Shown here: in pieces, positions 56,874-64,000 of the stretch
Layout: every line of letters begins with the position of its first letter
Position numbering within the stretch: position 1 is the stretch's first letter
NCBI GenBank assembly: GCA_000436975.1
Contig: HG000341.1
Span: forward strand, 1,535-65,534
DNA from: Clostridium sp. CAG:1000
Lineage (GTDB): Bacteria > Bacillota_I > Bacilli_A > RF39 > UBA660
Length of the DNA stretch: 64,000 bases
Direction of reading: 5' to 3'
The notes under the pieces: generated by a model
Database searches by the model: none
The model's input: the letters and a program-made list of their open reading frames with translations, nothing else
What the model was told of the DNA's origin: nothing
Translations under genes and position numbers: made by a program

Positions 56874-56908
56874 TTAAAAAAAATAAACAAATTTTACTTT
56901 GTTTATTT
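56874..56908 (-). terminator. intrinsic terminator overlapping the uppS stop
   Basis: Reverse strand AAATAAACAAA-GTAAAA-TTTGTTTATTT followed by a T run. Confidence 0.6.
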
Positions 56909-57604
56909 AACAGTTCCTTTAGTTATATTTCTTTCAAAATATGAATCAAGCGCTTTATCAAATTCATTTTCATCAAAATCAGGGAAACATGTATCTGTAA
57001 AATATAATTCAGCATAACTGATACTATAAAGCATAAAATTACTTATTCTAACTTCTCCGCTTGTTCTTATCATTAAATCTATAGGTGGTAGAGGATTATA
57101 TAAATAATCATAAAAATTGTTTTCATTAATATCATCAATATTAAGTTTACCTTCGCTTGCGAGTTTAGCTATTCTTTTACTAGCATCAACTATTTCAGCT
57201 TGTCCACCATAATTAAGACATACATTAAAAACTCCTTTTGTACAATCACTAGTTAGCTTTTCTATTTCTTTCATAGTATTGTAAACTTTATCACTTAAAG
57301 GTTCTTTTCTACCAGAAAATATTATTTTAATATTATTTTTTACAAAGAAATCTTTTTCTTTCTTAAACGCAGTTACAAATAAATTCATTATATAATTTAC
57401 CTCTTCTTCACTTCTTTTAAAGTTCTCAGTCGAAAAAGCAAACACTGATAAATATTTAACTCCTTTGTCTAGTATATATATAGCTGTTTTTTTAAGTCTA
57501 TTATAACCTGCTAAATGTCCTTGCGTTCTTTTCATACCTTGTCTTGTAGCCCATCTACCATTACCATCCATTATTATTCCAACATGATTTGGTATTTTAT
57601 TCAT
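56903..57604 (-). CDS. uppS: undecaprenyl diphosphate synthase (cis-prenyltransferase)
   Basis: HVGIIMDGNGRWA and RTSGEVRISNF motifs. A GAGGTG SD lies 6 nt before the ATG at 57604. Confidence 0.93.
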   Translation of the reverse strand: MNKIPNHVGIIMDGNGRWATRQGMKRTQGHLAGYNRLKKTAIYILDKGVKYLSVFAFSTENFKRSEEEVNYIMNLFVTAFKKEKDFFVKNNIKIIFSGRKEPLSDKVYNTMKEIEKLTSDCTKGVFNVCLNYGGQAEIVDASKRIAKLASEGKLNIDDINENNFYDYLYNPLPPIDLMIRTSGEVRISNFMLYSISYAELYFTDTCFPDFDENEFDKALDSYFERNITKGTVK

Positions 57605-57726
57605 TTTATTCACCTCATATTTATCTATTATACAAAAAATAATTAGGATTTATATTGTTTTTAAAACTTTTTTACACTTTTTTTATACTTTTGTAGTATA
57701 ATTTTAAAAAGAAAAAGAGGTGGCTT

Positions 57727-59061
57727 ATGAAACAAAATATAGAAAAACTTATTAAAGATAAAAAATATTCTAAAATTAAAGAAATATTAAACAAGATGAA
57801 TGAATATGACATAGCTAATATATTTGAAGACTTACCTCAAAATGAAATGGTTAAGTTATTTAGATTACTGAATAAAGATATAGCTGCGGATGTATTTTCG
57901 TATTTAGAAACAGATACAGAAGCTATGATAATATCTTCCCTTAGTGATAATGAGGCTGTATCAATAATTAATGATATGTCTGCAGATGACGCGACTGACC
58001 TGATGGATGAAATGCCTGCGAATGTAGTAAGCAAATTATTATCTAAAGTTGATGTTGAAACTAGGCGTGATATTAATACACTACTTAAATATCCTGATAA
58101 TTCAGCTGGTAGTATAATGACGGTAGAATACTTAGATTTTAAAGAATATATAACTATTAAAGATGCTATTAAAAAAATAAAGAAAGAATATGATGAAAAA
58201 GAAACCATAGATACTTGTTTTGTAACTGATAAAAAAAGAAAACTAATTGGAACTGTTAAATTAAAAGATTTAGTTATCAATGATGAGGATACTCCTATCG
58301 GCGACATTATGGATGATAGTGTTATGTCAGTTGACACACTAACTGATCAAGAAGAAGTAGCAAAAATAATACAAGATTATGATTTAACCTCTATTGCAGT
58401 TGTTGACTCTGAAAGTAAACTTGTTGGTATTATTACAATAGATGATGTTATTGATATTATTGAAGAAGAGACTACAGAAGATATAGAGAAAATGGCAGCT
58501 ATTCTTCCTACTGAAAAATCATATTTAAAACTATCCACATTTGATTTATGGAAAAGTAGGATACCTTGGTTATTACTTCTTATGATATCTGCTACATTCA
58601 CTGGTAAAATAATACAACATTTTGAACAGTCTCTAGCCGCTTGTGTTATTTTAACATCGTTTATACCAATGCTTATGGATACAGGTGGTAATGCAGGTGG
58701 GCAATCATCTGCAACTATTATACGTGCACTATCACTAAATGATATTGAATTTAAAGATATATTTAAAGTAATATTTAAAGAATTTAAAGTTGCCCTTGTA
58801 GTAAGTTTAACACTTTCAGTTGCTAACTTCATAAAACTTATTTTTATTGATGGCATTACTACAAACGTAGCTTTTGTTGTTTGCCTTACTTTAATACTTA
58901 CGGTATGTATTGCTAAAATAGTTGGTTGTTCTTTGCCTATACTGGCTAAAAAAATAGGATTTGACCCAGCTGTTATGGCAAGTCCATTTATTACAACCAT
59001 AGTTGATGCTATTTCATTACTTGTTTATTTTCAAATAGCTAGTCAAATATTACATATATAA
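57727..59061 (+). CDS. mgtE: magnesium transporter MgtE
   Basis: MgtE N-domain, tandem CBS domains, and a transmembrane domain with MDTGGNAGGQSSA. Confidence 0.93.
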   Translation: MKQNIEKLIKDKKYSKIKEILNKMNEYDIANIFEDLPQNEMVKLFRLLNKDIAADVFSYLETDTEAMIISSLSDNEAVSIINDMSADDATDLMDEMPANVVSKLLSKVDVETRRDINTLLKYPDNSAGSIMTVEYLDFKEYITIKDAIKKIKKEYDEKETIDTCFVTDKKRKLIGTVKLKDLVINDEDTPIGDIMDDSVMSVDTLTDQEEVAKIIQDYDLTSIAVVDSESKLVGIITIDDVIDIIEEETTEDIEKMAAILPTEKSYLKLSTFDLWKSRIPWLLLLMISATFTGKIIQHFEQSLAACVILTSFIPMLMDTGGNAGGQSSATIIRALSLNDIEFKDIFKVIFKEFKVALVVSLTLSVANFIKLIFIDGITTNVAFVVCLTLILTVCIAKIVGCSLPILAKKIGFDPAVMASPFITTIVDAISLLVYFQIASQILHI

Positions 59062-59083
59062 AAAACACTTTCAAAAAGTGTTT

Positions 59084-60145
59084 TTACATTGCATAATTAT
59101 TAGCTCTATTTCTCATTATTTGACTCGCAAGTGTACATGAACCTTTCTTTTCATTTAAAGCTCTAATTTTTTCTTCTTGTTTCTTTAAACTAGCTTCACT
59201 TCTTTGTAGTCTTATATTTTCTATATTTAACATTCCTCTTTGGACAGTTGCACCTATACCTTTTTTACCTCTTAAGTTAGCTAATTCCTCTTGCGTGCTT
59301 TGAATATCTTGCCTTATTCCTTTTTGAGTTATTTGATTTTCGCTCATTTGTGTTTGATAGTTACTCATATTTTCTGCTTCTTCAAAAAGAACTTCAAATT
59401 CTCTTTTCTTTATTTCAATATATTTATCACTACCCTTATTTACTATTCTAGTTTGCTTACTTTGTAATTTACCTTTTTTGTTATTTAGTTTATTTAATCT
59501 TTCCTCTAGATGCCTTTTTCTATTGTCAACTCTTCTTTGTTTAAATTTAGAAGTAACATTCATTTTATTTAATTTATCTAATTCTTCTTCTGCTTCTTGT
59601 ATCTCTATTTCTGTTTCCCCAACTTTTCTATTAGTGTTTTTTAATGTATTTTTATCAACATTACTTAATACACTAGAATTAAATCCTAAATTATCACTAG
59701 TAAGACTTATTCCTTTAATAACACTATCATATGATTGTTTTAATTTATTTAAAAAATCAATTTGGAAAGTTAATGAGGATACATCACTTTTAAAATAGTC
59801 TTGAAAGTCTTCAATATTAATATTATCTAAATCTATTTTCTTTGATGGATCTTTTTGCATTTTACTTAAAATATCAGTATATTTATCAATAAGTAAATCA
59901 TATCTAGACATAAGAGCATTATGAGTAGTTTTAATATCATTGTTTACCTCATTGTTATATTTAGAATAGTTTATACTCGCATTAGCTATTTGCCTTACTC
60001 TATCTATTAATTTATCGTCTATATCATAATCTTCAGTTCTTTTGTTCAAAGAAACTCTAATTCCTAAATTATCTAATATTTGAAATATAGTACTCACATT
60101 AACTTCAGGTAATTTACCTTTTTTTATAGCATCTTTAATCTTCAT
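59084..60145 (-). CDS. hypothetical coiled-coil protein (353 aa)
   Basis: Long basic/acidic heptad-rich ORF. It is the last gene of the block coupled to spoIVB. Confidence 0.5.
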   Translation of the reverse strand: MKIKDAIKKGKLPEVNVSTIFQILDNLGIRVSLNKRTEDYDIDDKLIDRVRQIANASINYSKYNNEVNNDIKTTHNALMSRYDLLIDKYTDILSKMQKDPSKKIDLDNINIEDFQDYFKSDVSSLTFQIDFLNKLKQSYDSVIKGISLTSDNLGFNSSVLSNVDKNTLKNTNRKVGETEIEIQEAEEELDKLNKMNVTSKFKQRRVDNRKRHLEERLNKLNNKKGKLQSKQTRIVNKGSDKYIEIKKREFEVLFEEAENMSNYQTQMSENQITQKGIRQDIQSTQEELANLRGKKGIGATVQRGMLNIENIRLQRSEASLKKQEEKIRALNEKKGSCTLASQIMRNRANNYAM

Positions 60146-60147
60146 AG

Positions 60148-60393
60148 TTATTCGCCTACTATTCTATCTATTTCAGAATTAATATATTCTATTTCTTTAT
60201 TATCAGTTATAGTGTCTAAAGAAAATGTTTCCTCTTTCTCATTTAATATAGATGCAAAAATATTTTCATCATTATCATTGACAGTATATATCATAAAAGT
60301 TTTATTAAATTCTAACGAATCAATTATATCAAGCACATTAACTGTTACTTCACTGCCATCTTCAATAGTTACCTTTAATTTATTATTTTTCAT
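60148..60393 (-). CDS. DUF1292-like small acidic protein
   Basis: Pattern ...EDGSEVTVNVLDII...FMIYTVNDNDENIFASIL... resembles the YrzB family. A second copy is in the window at 54294-54557. Confidence 0.5.
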   Translation of the reverse strand: MKNNKLKVTIEDGSEVTVNVLDIIDSLEFNKTFMIYTVNDNDENIFASILNEKEETFSLDTITDNKEIEYINSEIDRIVGE

Positions 60394-60405
60394 GTTTCCT
60401 CCTTA

Positions 60406-61851
60406 TTACTTTGGAATATTAACTCTACATGAATCAATTATATTATTCAAAGCTGATTCTATCCTGTCACATCCTTCTATATCAGGGCAACTCATAATAT
60501 AGTTATTAACAGCTGCAATTAATTCATCATAACTATATTCTGATAGCTTATCTCTATAATTTCCATTACTATTTGTTATATAGCTTAAATTATTATGTGA
60601 TATCATTCTTATAGCATGGCAGGCTTGAGCTGCTCCATATTTGGCTTGTGTTTCATATATTGCTCTTACAAACAGTGAAATTATTTCATCATTATTATTT
60701 TCTTTTATATTAAATAATTTATTAATATAACCTTTTACATCATTATTAGTTATTCTTAATATGTCATATGGTGTTAAATTTTTAACGAATAAATCACGAA
60801 AATTATTATCTCTTGTTATAGCATTTTCATTACCATCTAAATATGAATTTATATACACTATTACATTTGCAGCACCATATTTATTTTTAGCATACATTAA
60901 ATATTCATTAAATAGTTTTCCCTTGTCATTATTTGTATAAGTACTACTAGGAAGTTTTTCTTCCATATTACTAAAATATTCAGATAATTTATAAAACCTA
61001 ATATTATCTTGACACATACGTACATGATTAAAAAAGTCTTCTAATTTAGTTTTACTATCAAGCGCCAATATTATAGTATGAAACACTTGATAAAAATTAG
61101 CCATTCTATCAGAAATTTTAGGATAGGTATCTTTATAATTTAAAAATATATCGGAATTACTAAAGTTTTCATATTCATTGCCGCTTGCGAATACATTATT
61201 ATGATAATTAATCACAAACCTTCTAAAATCTAATAAACTTACTTTATCATAGTCTTCTACTTTTTTAAAATACTCAGCCATTATAAATGATAATGTATCA
61301 TTATAGCTAAGAAATCTATCATTAGCAAGGCCTGCTACTCCAGACTTGATTAAGAAAGGATTTACAGGCTTTGCTCTTGTTGATAAATATTCATTATTAT
61401 TAATAAATTCTAATAATTTTTTAGCATCCTCAACATTACTCATTCTTAAAACTACTTCGTCGCTTCTTCTTACATCTGCTACTTTAGATAATGTACTTAA
61501 TTCATTTTGATCAATATAGTCAAATATCATATTTACACATTCAAATACATCCTCTTTAGAAAACGATAAATATATTTTCACATGATCCTTTTTTTCATAA
61601 GCATTATAATGAAATTGTAAAAAACGAGGCTGTTGAAAAGAATAAAACACATTCACCTTTCTCCCTCTAAAACGATATTGCCAATCATCAAAATACTTTG
61701 CTAGACTTTGATCAACCTCATCATTTTGAAGTTCATAATTCATTAAATCATTATAAATAGTTTCTTTTTTGATTTTTAAACCTGGATTTTGTTTATAAAG
61801 TTTAGCGTGATATTTTAAAAATTCTTCCATTTGTACTATTCTACTGTTCAT
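60406..61851 (-). CDS. hypothetical protein (481 aa)
   Basis: ORF overlapping the upstream gene by 11 nt. No motif I can assign with confidence. Confidence 0.5.
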   Translation of the reverse strand: MNSRIVQMEEFLKYHAKLYKQNPGLKIKKETIYNDLMNYELQNDEVDQSLAKYFDDWQYRFRGRKVNVFYSFQQPRFLQFHYNAYEKKDHVKIYLSFSKEDVFECVNMIFDYIDQNELSTLSKVADVRRSDEVVLRMSNVEDAKKLLEFINNNEYLSTRAKPVNPFLIKSGVAGLANDRFLSYNDTLSFIMAEYFKKVEDYDKVSLLDFRRFVINYHNNVFASGNEYENFSNSDIFLNYKDTYPKISDRMANFYQVFHTIILALDSKTKLEDFFNHVRMCQDNIRFYKLSEYFSNMEEKLPSSTYTNNDKGKLFNEYLMYAKNKYGAANVIVYINSYLDGNENAITRDNNFRDLFVKNLTPYDILRITNNDVKGYINKLFNIKENNNDEIISLFVRAIYETQAKYGAAQACHAIRMISHNNLSYITNSNGNYRDKLSEYSYDELIAAVNNYIMSCPDIEGCDRIESALNNIIDSCRVNIPK

Positions 61852-62065
61852 TTATATCAATCTCCATAGTTTTTTCTATCTCATTTATAACTGGTGTTAA
61901 ATTAGTAGTGTCATCAAATTTATTTATTTCATCCTCTGTAGGATTATCAATAACATCATTGTCTAATTCTAATACAACTTCTACTTTTTTTCCATCTACA
62001 AATACTTCTTCTTTCACGCTATCACCTACTATAACAATTATAGCATTAAAAAAGTTAAGAAGCAA
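61841..62065 (-). CDS. hypothetical small acidic protein
   Basis: Starts 2 nt after the spoIVB stop (TTG; an internal GTG after AGGTGA is also possible). Confidence 0.4.
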   Translation of the reverse strand: MLLNFFNAIIVIVGDSVKEEVFVDGKKVEVVLELDNDVIDNPTEDEINKFDDTTNLTPVINEIEKTMEIDINEQ

Positions 62066-62067
62066 TC

Positions 62068-63039
62068 TTAACTTTCTCCTGTTTCTAACATAGTAGTTAT
62101 AAGTATTCCATATCCAAGTGTAACATTATCTACAAGCACATTAGTAACAGCGCCAACTAACTTATCGTCTTGTATAATTGGTGACCCACTCATTCCTTGT
62201 ACAATACCACCTGTTTTATTAATTAAGTCTTTATCTATTATTTCAAAACTTATAGCTTTAGTAGTATTTTTCTTACTAGGATATTTGTCTACTATGTTAA
62301 TTTTATATTTTTTTAATTCAGTATTATTAGTAACTGTATATATGTATGCATGCCCTTTTTTTATATCATTAAAATTAGCTATTTCTATTGTATCTTTTCT
62401 AGGTAATGTAGATGTATAATCTCCATATATACCATTTACAGTGTTTTTATTAATTGTCCCTATCTTTTTATTAAATAAAATATTTGCGTTTTTACTTCCC
62501 ACTTTTCCATTTCTACTTTTGTTAATGCTAGTTACCTTGGACATTAAAATATTACCGTTTTTAACCTCTATTCTTGAGTTAGTTTCACTAAGCAATATTT
62601 CATGTCCAAGAGCCCCCCATATTTTAGTAACTGGATCTATATATGTTAATGTACCAAGGCCAACAACATTATCTTTTACATAAAGACCAGTTTTTAATAA
62701 ATTATCTTCTTTTACTAGTTTTAATTTAGTATTAACTTCTTTATTTTTTCTCAGTAGTTTAACATCGACCTCATCAGTATTGCTCTTTTCAATAACATTT
62801 GAAAGCTCACTAATAGAATATACTCTCTTATTATTTATATGTGTAATATTATCTCCTATCTTAATATTATCACTCGCTATATATTTATCATTAACCTTAT
62901 AAAATCCAACAACTATTAAACCATCAGATTCTATTTTAATGCCTATACTTTCTCCTCCTGGTATAACACTTTTAGAATATGCTAGTATATTTAATGGGCA
63001 AAATAAAATAATAAAGAAAGTAAGAAGAATCTTTTTCAT
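62068..63039 (-). CDS. spoIVB: stage IV sporulation signalling serine peptidase SpoIVB (S55)
   Basis: Signal anchor, a PDZ region (GDNITHINNKRV), and S55 catalytic segments (GTLTYIDP...WGALGHEI, GIVQGMSGSPII). Confidence 0.9.
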   Translation of the reverse strand: MKKILLTFFIILFCPLNILAYSKSVIPGGESIGIKIESDGLIVVGFYKVNDKYIASDNIKIGDNITHINNKRVYSISELSNVIEKSNTDEVDVKLLRKNKEVNTKLKLVKEDNLLKTGLYVKDNVVGLGTLTYIDPVTKIWGALGHEILLSETNSRIEVKNGNILMSKVTSINKSRNGKVGSKNANILFNKKIGTINKNTVNGIYGDYTSTLPRKDTIEIANFNDIKKGHAYIYTVTNNTELKKYKINIVDKYPSKKNTTKAISFEIIDKDLINKTGGIVQGMSGSPIIQDDKLVGAVTNVLVDNVTLGYGILITTMLETGES

Positions 63040-63092
63040 ATACTTCACCTCTTTATTATTATTCTCATATTATTTTATATGATATATCCAAT

Positions 63093-63320
63093 TTATTCTT
63101 GAATCTCAAAATCTGTTATTTTGCCATTTTTTTCCACTAGTTTATTAATAGTTTCAGTCGCACTATTTAGTTTACTTTCACAGTTTTCTATCAATTTCAT
63201 AGCTTCAGTATATTTAGATATAGATTTATCTAAATCAAGTTCACCACTTTCAAGTTCGCTTATAATTAGTTCTAATTTTTTAACTGAACTTTCAAAAGTT
63301 TCATTTTCTTTCTTTTCCAT
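63093..63320 (-). CDS. xseB: exodeoxyribonuclease VII small subunit
   Basis: [39 protein letters not shown] is typical XseB. Overlaps xseA by 20 nt. Confidence 0.9.
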   Translation of the reverse strand: MEKKENETFESSVKKLELIISELESGELDLDKSISKYTEAMKLIENCESKLNSATETINKLVEKNGKITDFEIQE

Positions 63321-64000
63321 TATTAACTCCTTTTACTACCGCATCAATATTACCATTTTTAACCACTATATTTATTAGGTCATTAATACCAATACTATTT
63401 ATATCTTTTATTATTTTATTATCTTTATATATTATAGAATATCCTTTATCTAGAATATTATCTGGATTTAATAAATCAAGTTTTACTTTAATAGTATCAA
63501 TTCTATTTTTATTATTATTTAGTATATTTAATATTTCTTTATTTAAAGTTGTATTTATATTAGATAATTTATCTTTTTCTTTTTCATATAAAACCTTGGG
63601 ATTATTTAGTATATAGTTTGATTTAATTTTTTCTAGTCTATGTTTACTATTATCAAGTTTTACCCTAATATTAGTATTTAATTTTTCATATAGAATATCT
63701 AGTTTTTGCTCTTTCATTTCATATAATCTTATAGGATTATTAATTATATAGTTCGATTTATATTTTTTTAATAGTTCTGAATAACTATCAAGTTTATTTG
63801 ATATAGATGTATTTATTCTATCTTTAGCATTACTGAAGTATCTTTTAACTTCAACTATATCAGGAACCGCTATAATAGCTGCGCCTGTTGGCGTTGGAGC
63901 TCTTTTATCAGCAACAAAATCGCTTATAGTAAAATCTATTTCATGGCCTACACCACTTATTATAGGTATTCTACTATTGTATATAGCTCTTGCAACTATT
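63301..64000 (-). CDS. xseA: exodeoxyribonuclease VII large subunit, C-terminal part (5' end beyond the window)
   Basis: The frame is open from 63999 down to the stop at 63301. It reads [41 protein letters not shown], then a coiled-coil tail. Confidence 0.9.
   Translation of the reverse strand, partial: IVARAIYNSRIPIISGVGHEIDFTISDFVADKRAPTPTGAAIIAVPDIVEVKRYFSNAKDRINTSISNKLDSYSELLKKYKSNYIINNPIRLYEMKEQKLDILYEKLNTNIRVKLDNSKHRLEKIKSNYILNNPKVLYEKEKDKLSNINTTLNKEILNILNNNKNRIDTIKVKLDLLNPDNILDKGYSIIYKDNKIIKDINSIGINDLINIVVKNGNIDAVVKGVNNGKERK

Noticed and set aside
57614-57726. An M-box (Mg2+) riboswitch might be expected upstream of mgtE.
   Set aside because: The intergenic region is only about 110 nt. 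It consists of a promoter-like TTTACA...TATAAT and an SD, which is too short and lacks the conserved M-box helices.
57837-59000. Two long minus-strand ORFs (166 and 207 aa) lie antisense to mgtE.
   Set aside because: They lie entirely inside the well-conserved MgtE coding frame. They are low-complexity (Ser/Ile/Thr-rich) and have no SD. These are typical shadow ORFs. The same reasoning applies to the other antisense or alternative-frame ORFs nested in recognised genes. These are 912-1175, 2168-2383, 7926-8129, 8982-9296, 11517-11912, 16142-16330, 17311-17571, 18508-18813, 19287-19469 and 20480-20728. Also 21780-21962, 24281-24556, 26339-26677, 27195-27377, 28999-29187, 30105-30305, 31298-31642, 33392-33640, 34758-34979 and 37048-37272. 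Also 37612-38028, 38615-38815, 40783-40998, 41364-41603, 43837-44155, 44238-44441, 54638-54862, 59478-59798, 60212-60502, 61908-62093, 62441-62683 and 63121-63378.

Overview
This is a very AT-rich window, roughly a quarter to 30% G+C by eye, from a low-GC Gram-positive genome. It uses the standard bacterial code: TGA acts as a stop at 22576-22578, and no conserved gene contains an in-frame TGA. Sporulation genes (spoIVB, gerE, spoIIIAH-like, GerM-like, sigH-like) indicate an endospore-forming Firmicute, possibly Erysipelotrichia- or Clostridia-like; I cannot name the taxon without a search. About 80% of genes are on the minus strand and most are core housekeeping. These include ruvAB, rlmB-sigH, trxB, lgt, rpmF, glyQS with a T-box, rnhB, and a fragmented dcw cluster (mraZ-rsmH-ftsL-pbp2B ... 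holA-mraY-ftsW). They also include hemW, gltX, tex, tig, greA, uppS, mgtE, spoIVB, xseBA, and the block ireB-ruvX-DUF1292-mltG-trmR-U32-U32, which matches the Bacillus yrzL-to-yrrO order. Two tRNAs are present: Arg-UCU and Ser-GCU.

The accessory content is as follows.
- A type III toxin-antitoxin (ToxIN/AbiQ-like) abortive-infection locus lies next to tRNA-Ser. Its antitoxin is three and a bit tandem 34-35 nt repeats that an ORF track cannot show.
- Two paralogous prepilin-signal cargo surface proteins share a promoter and an N-terminal module. One is intact with DUF285/BspA-type repeats. The other is inactivated by a 1-nt deletion and an in-frame TGA.
- A multistep phosphorelay is present (membrane hybrid histidine kinase, unknown protein, Hpt-REC protein). 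The kinase is split by a frameshift in an A6 tract and carries an old tandem duplication of its last two transmembrane helices.
- A tightly coupled four-gene block of unknown function follows spoIVB.

Smaller oddities are a 9-residue N-terminal extension on L32 resembling the Prp-cleaved L27 propeptide, an unusually compact glyQS T-box, a tandem wHTH-metallophosphoesterase protein, a likely leaderless XRE regulator, and an ftsW whose first helix lies upstream of any ATG.

All calls rest on motif recognition, synteny and hand inspection of the sequence. No database search or folding program was run.
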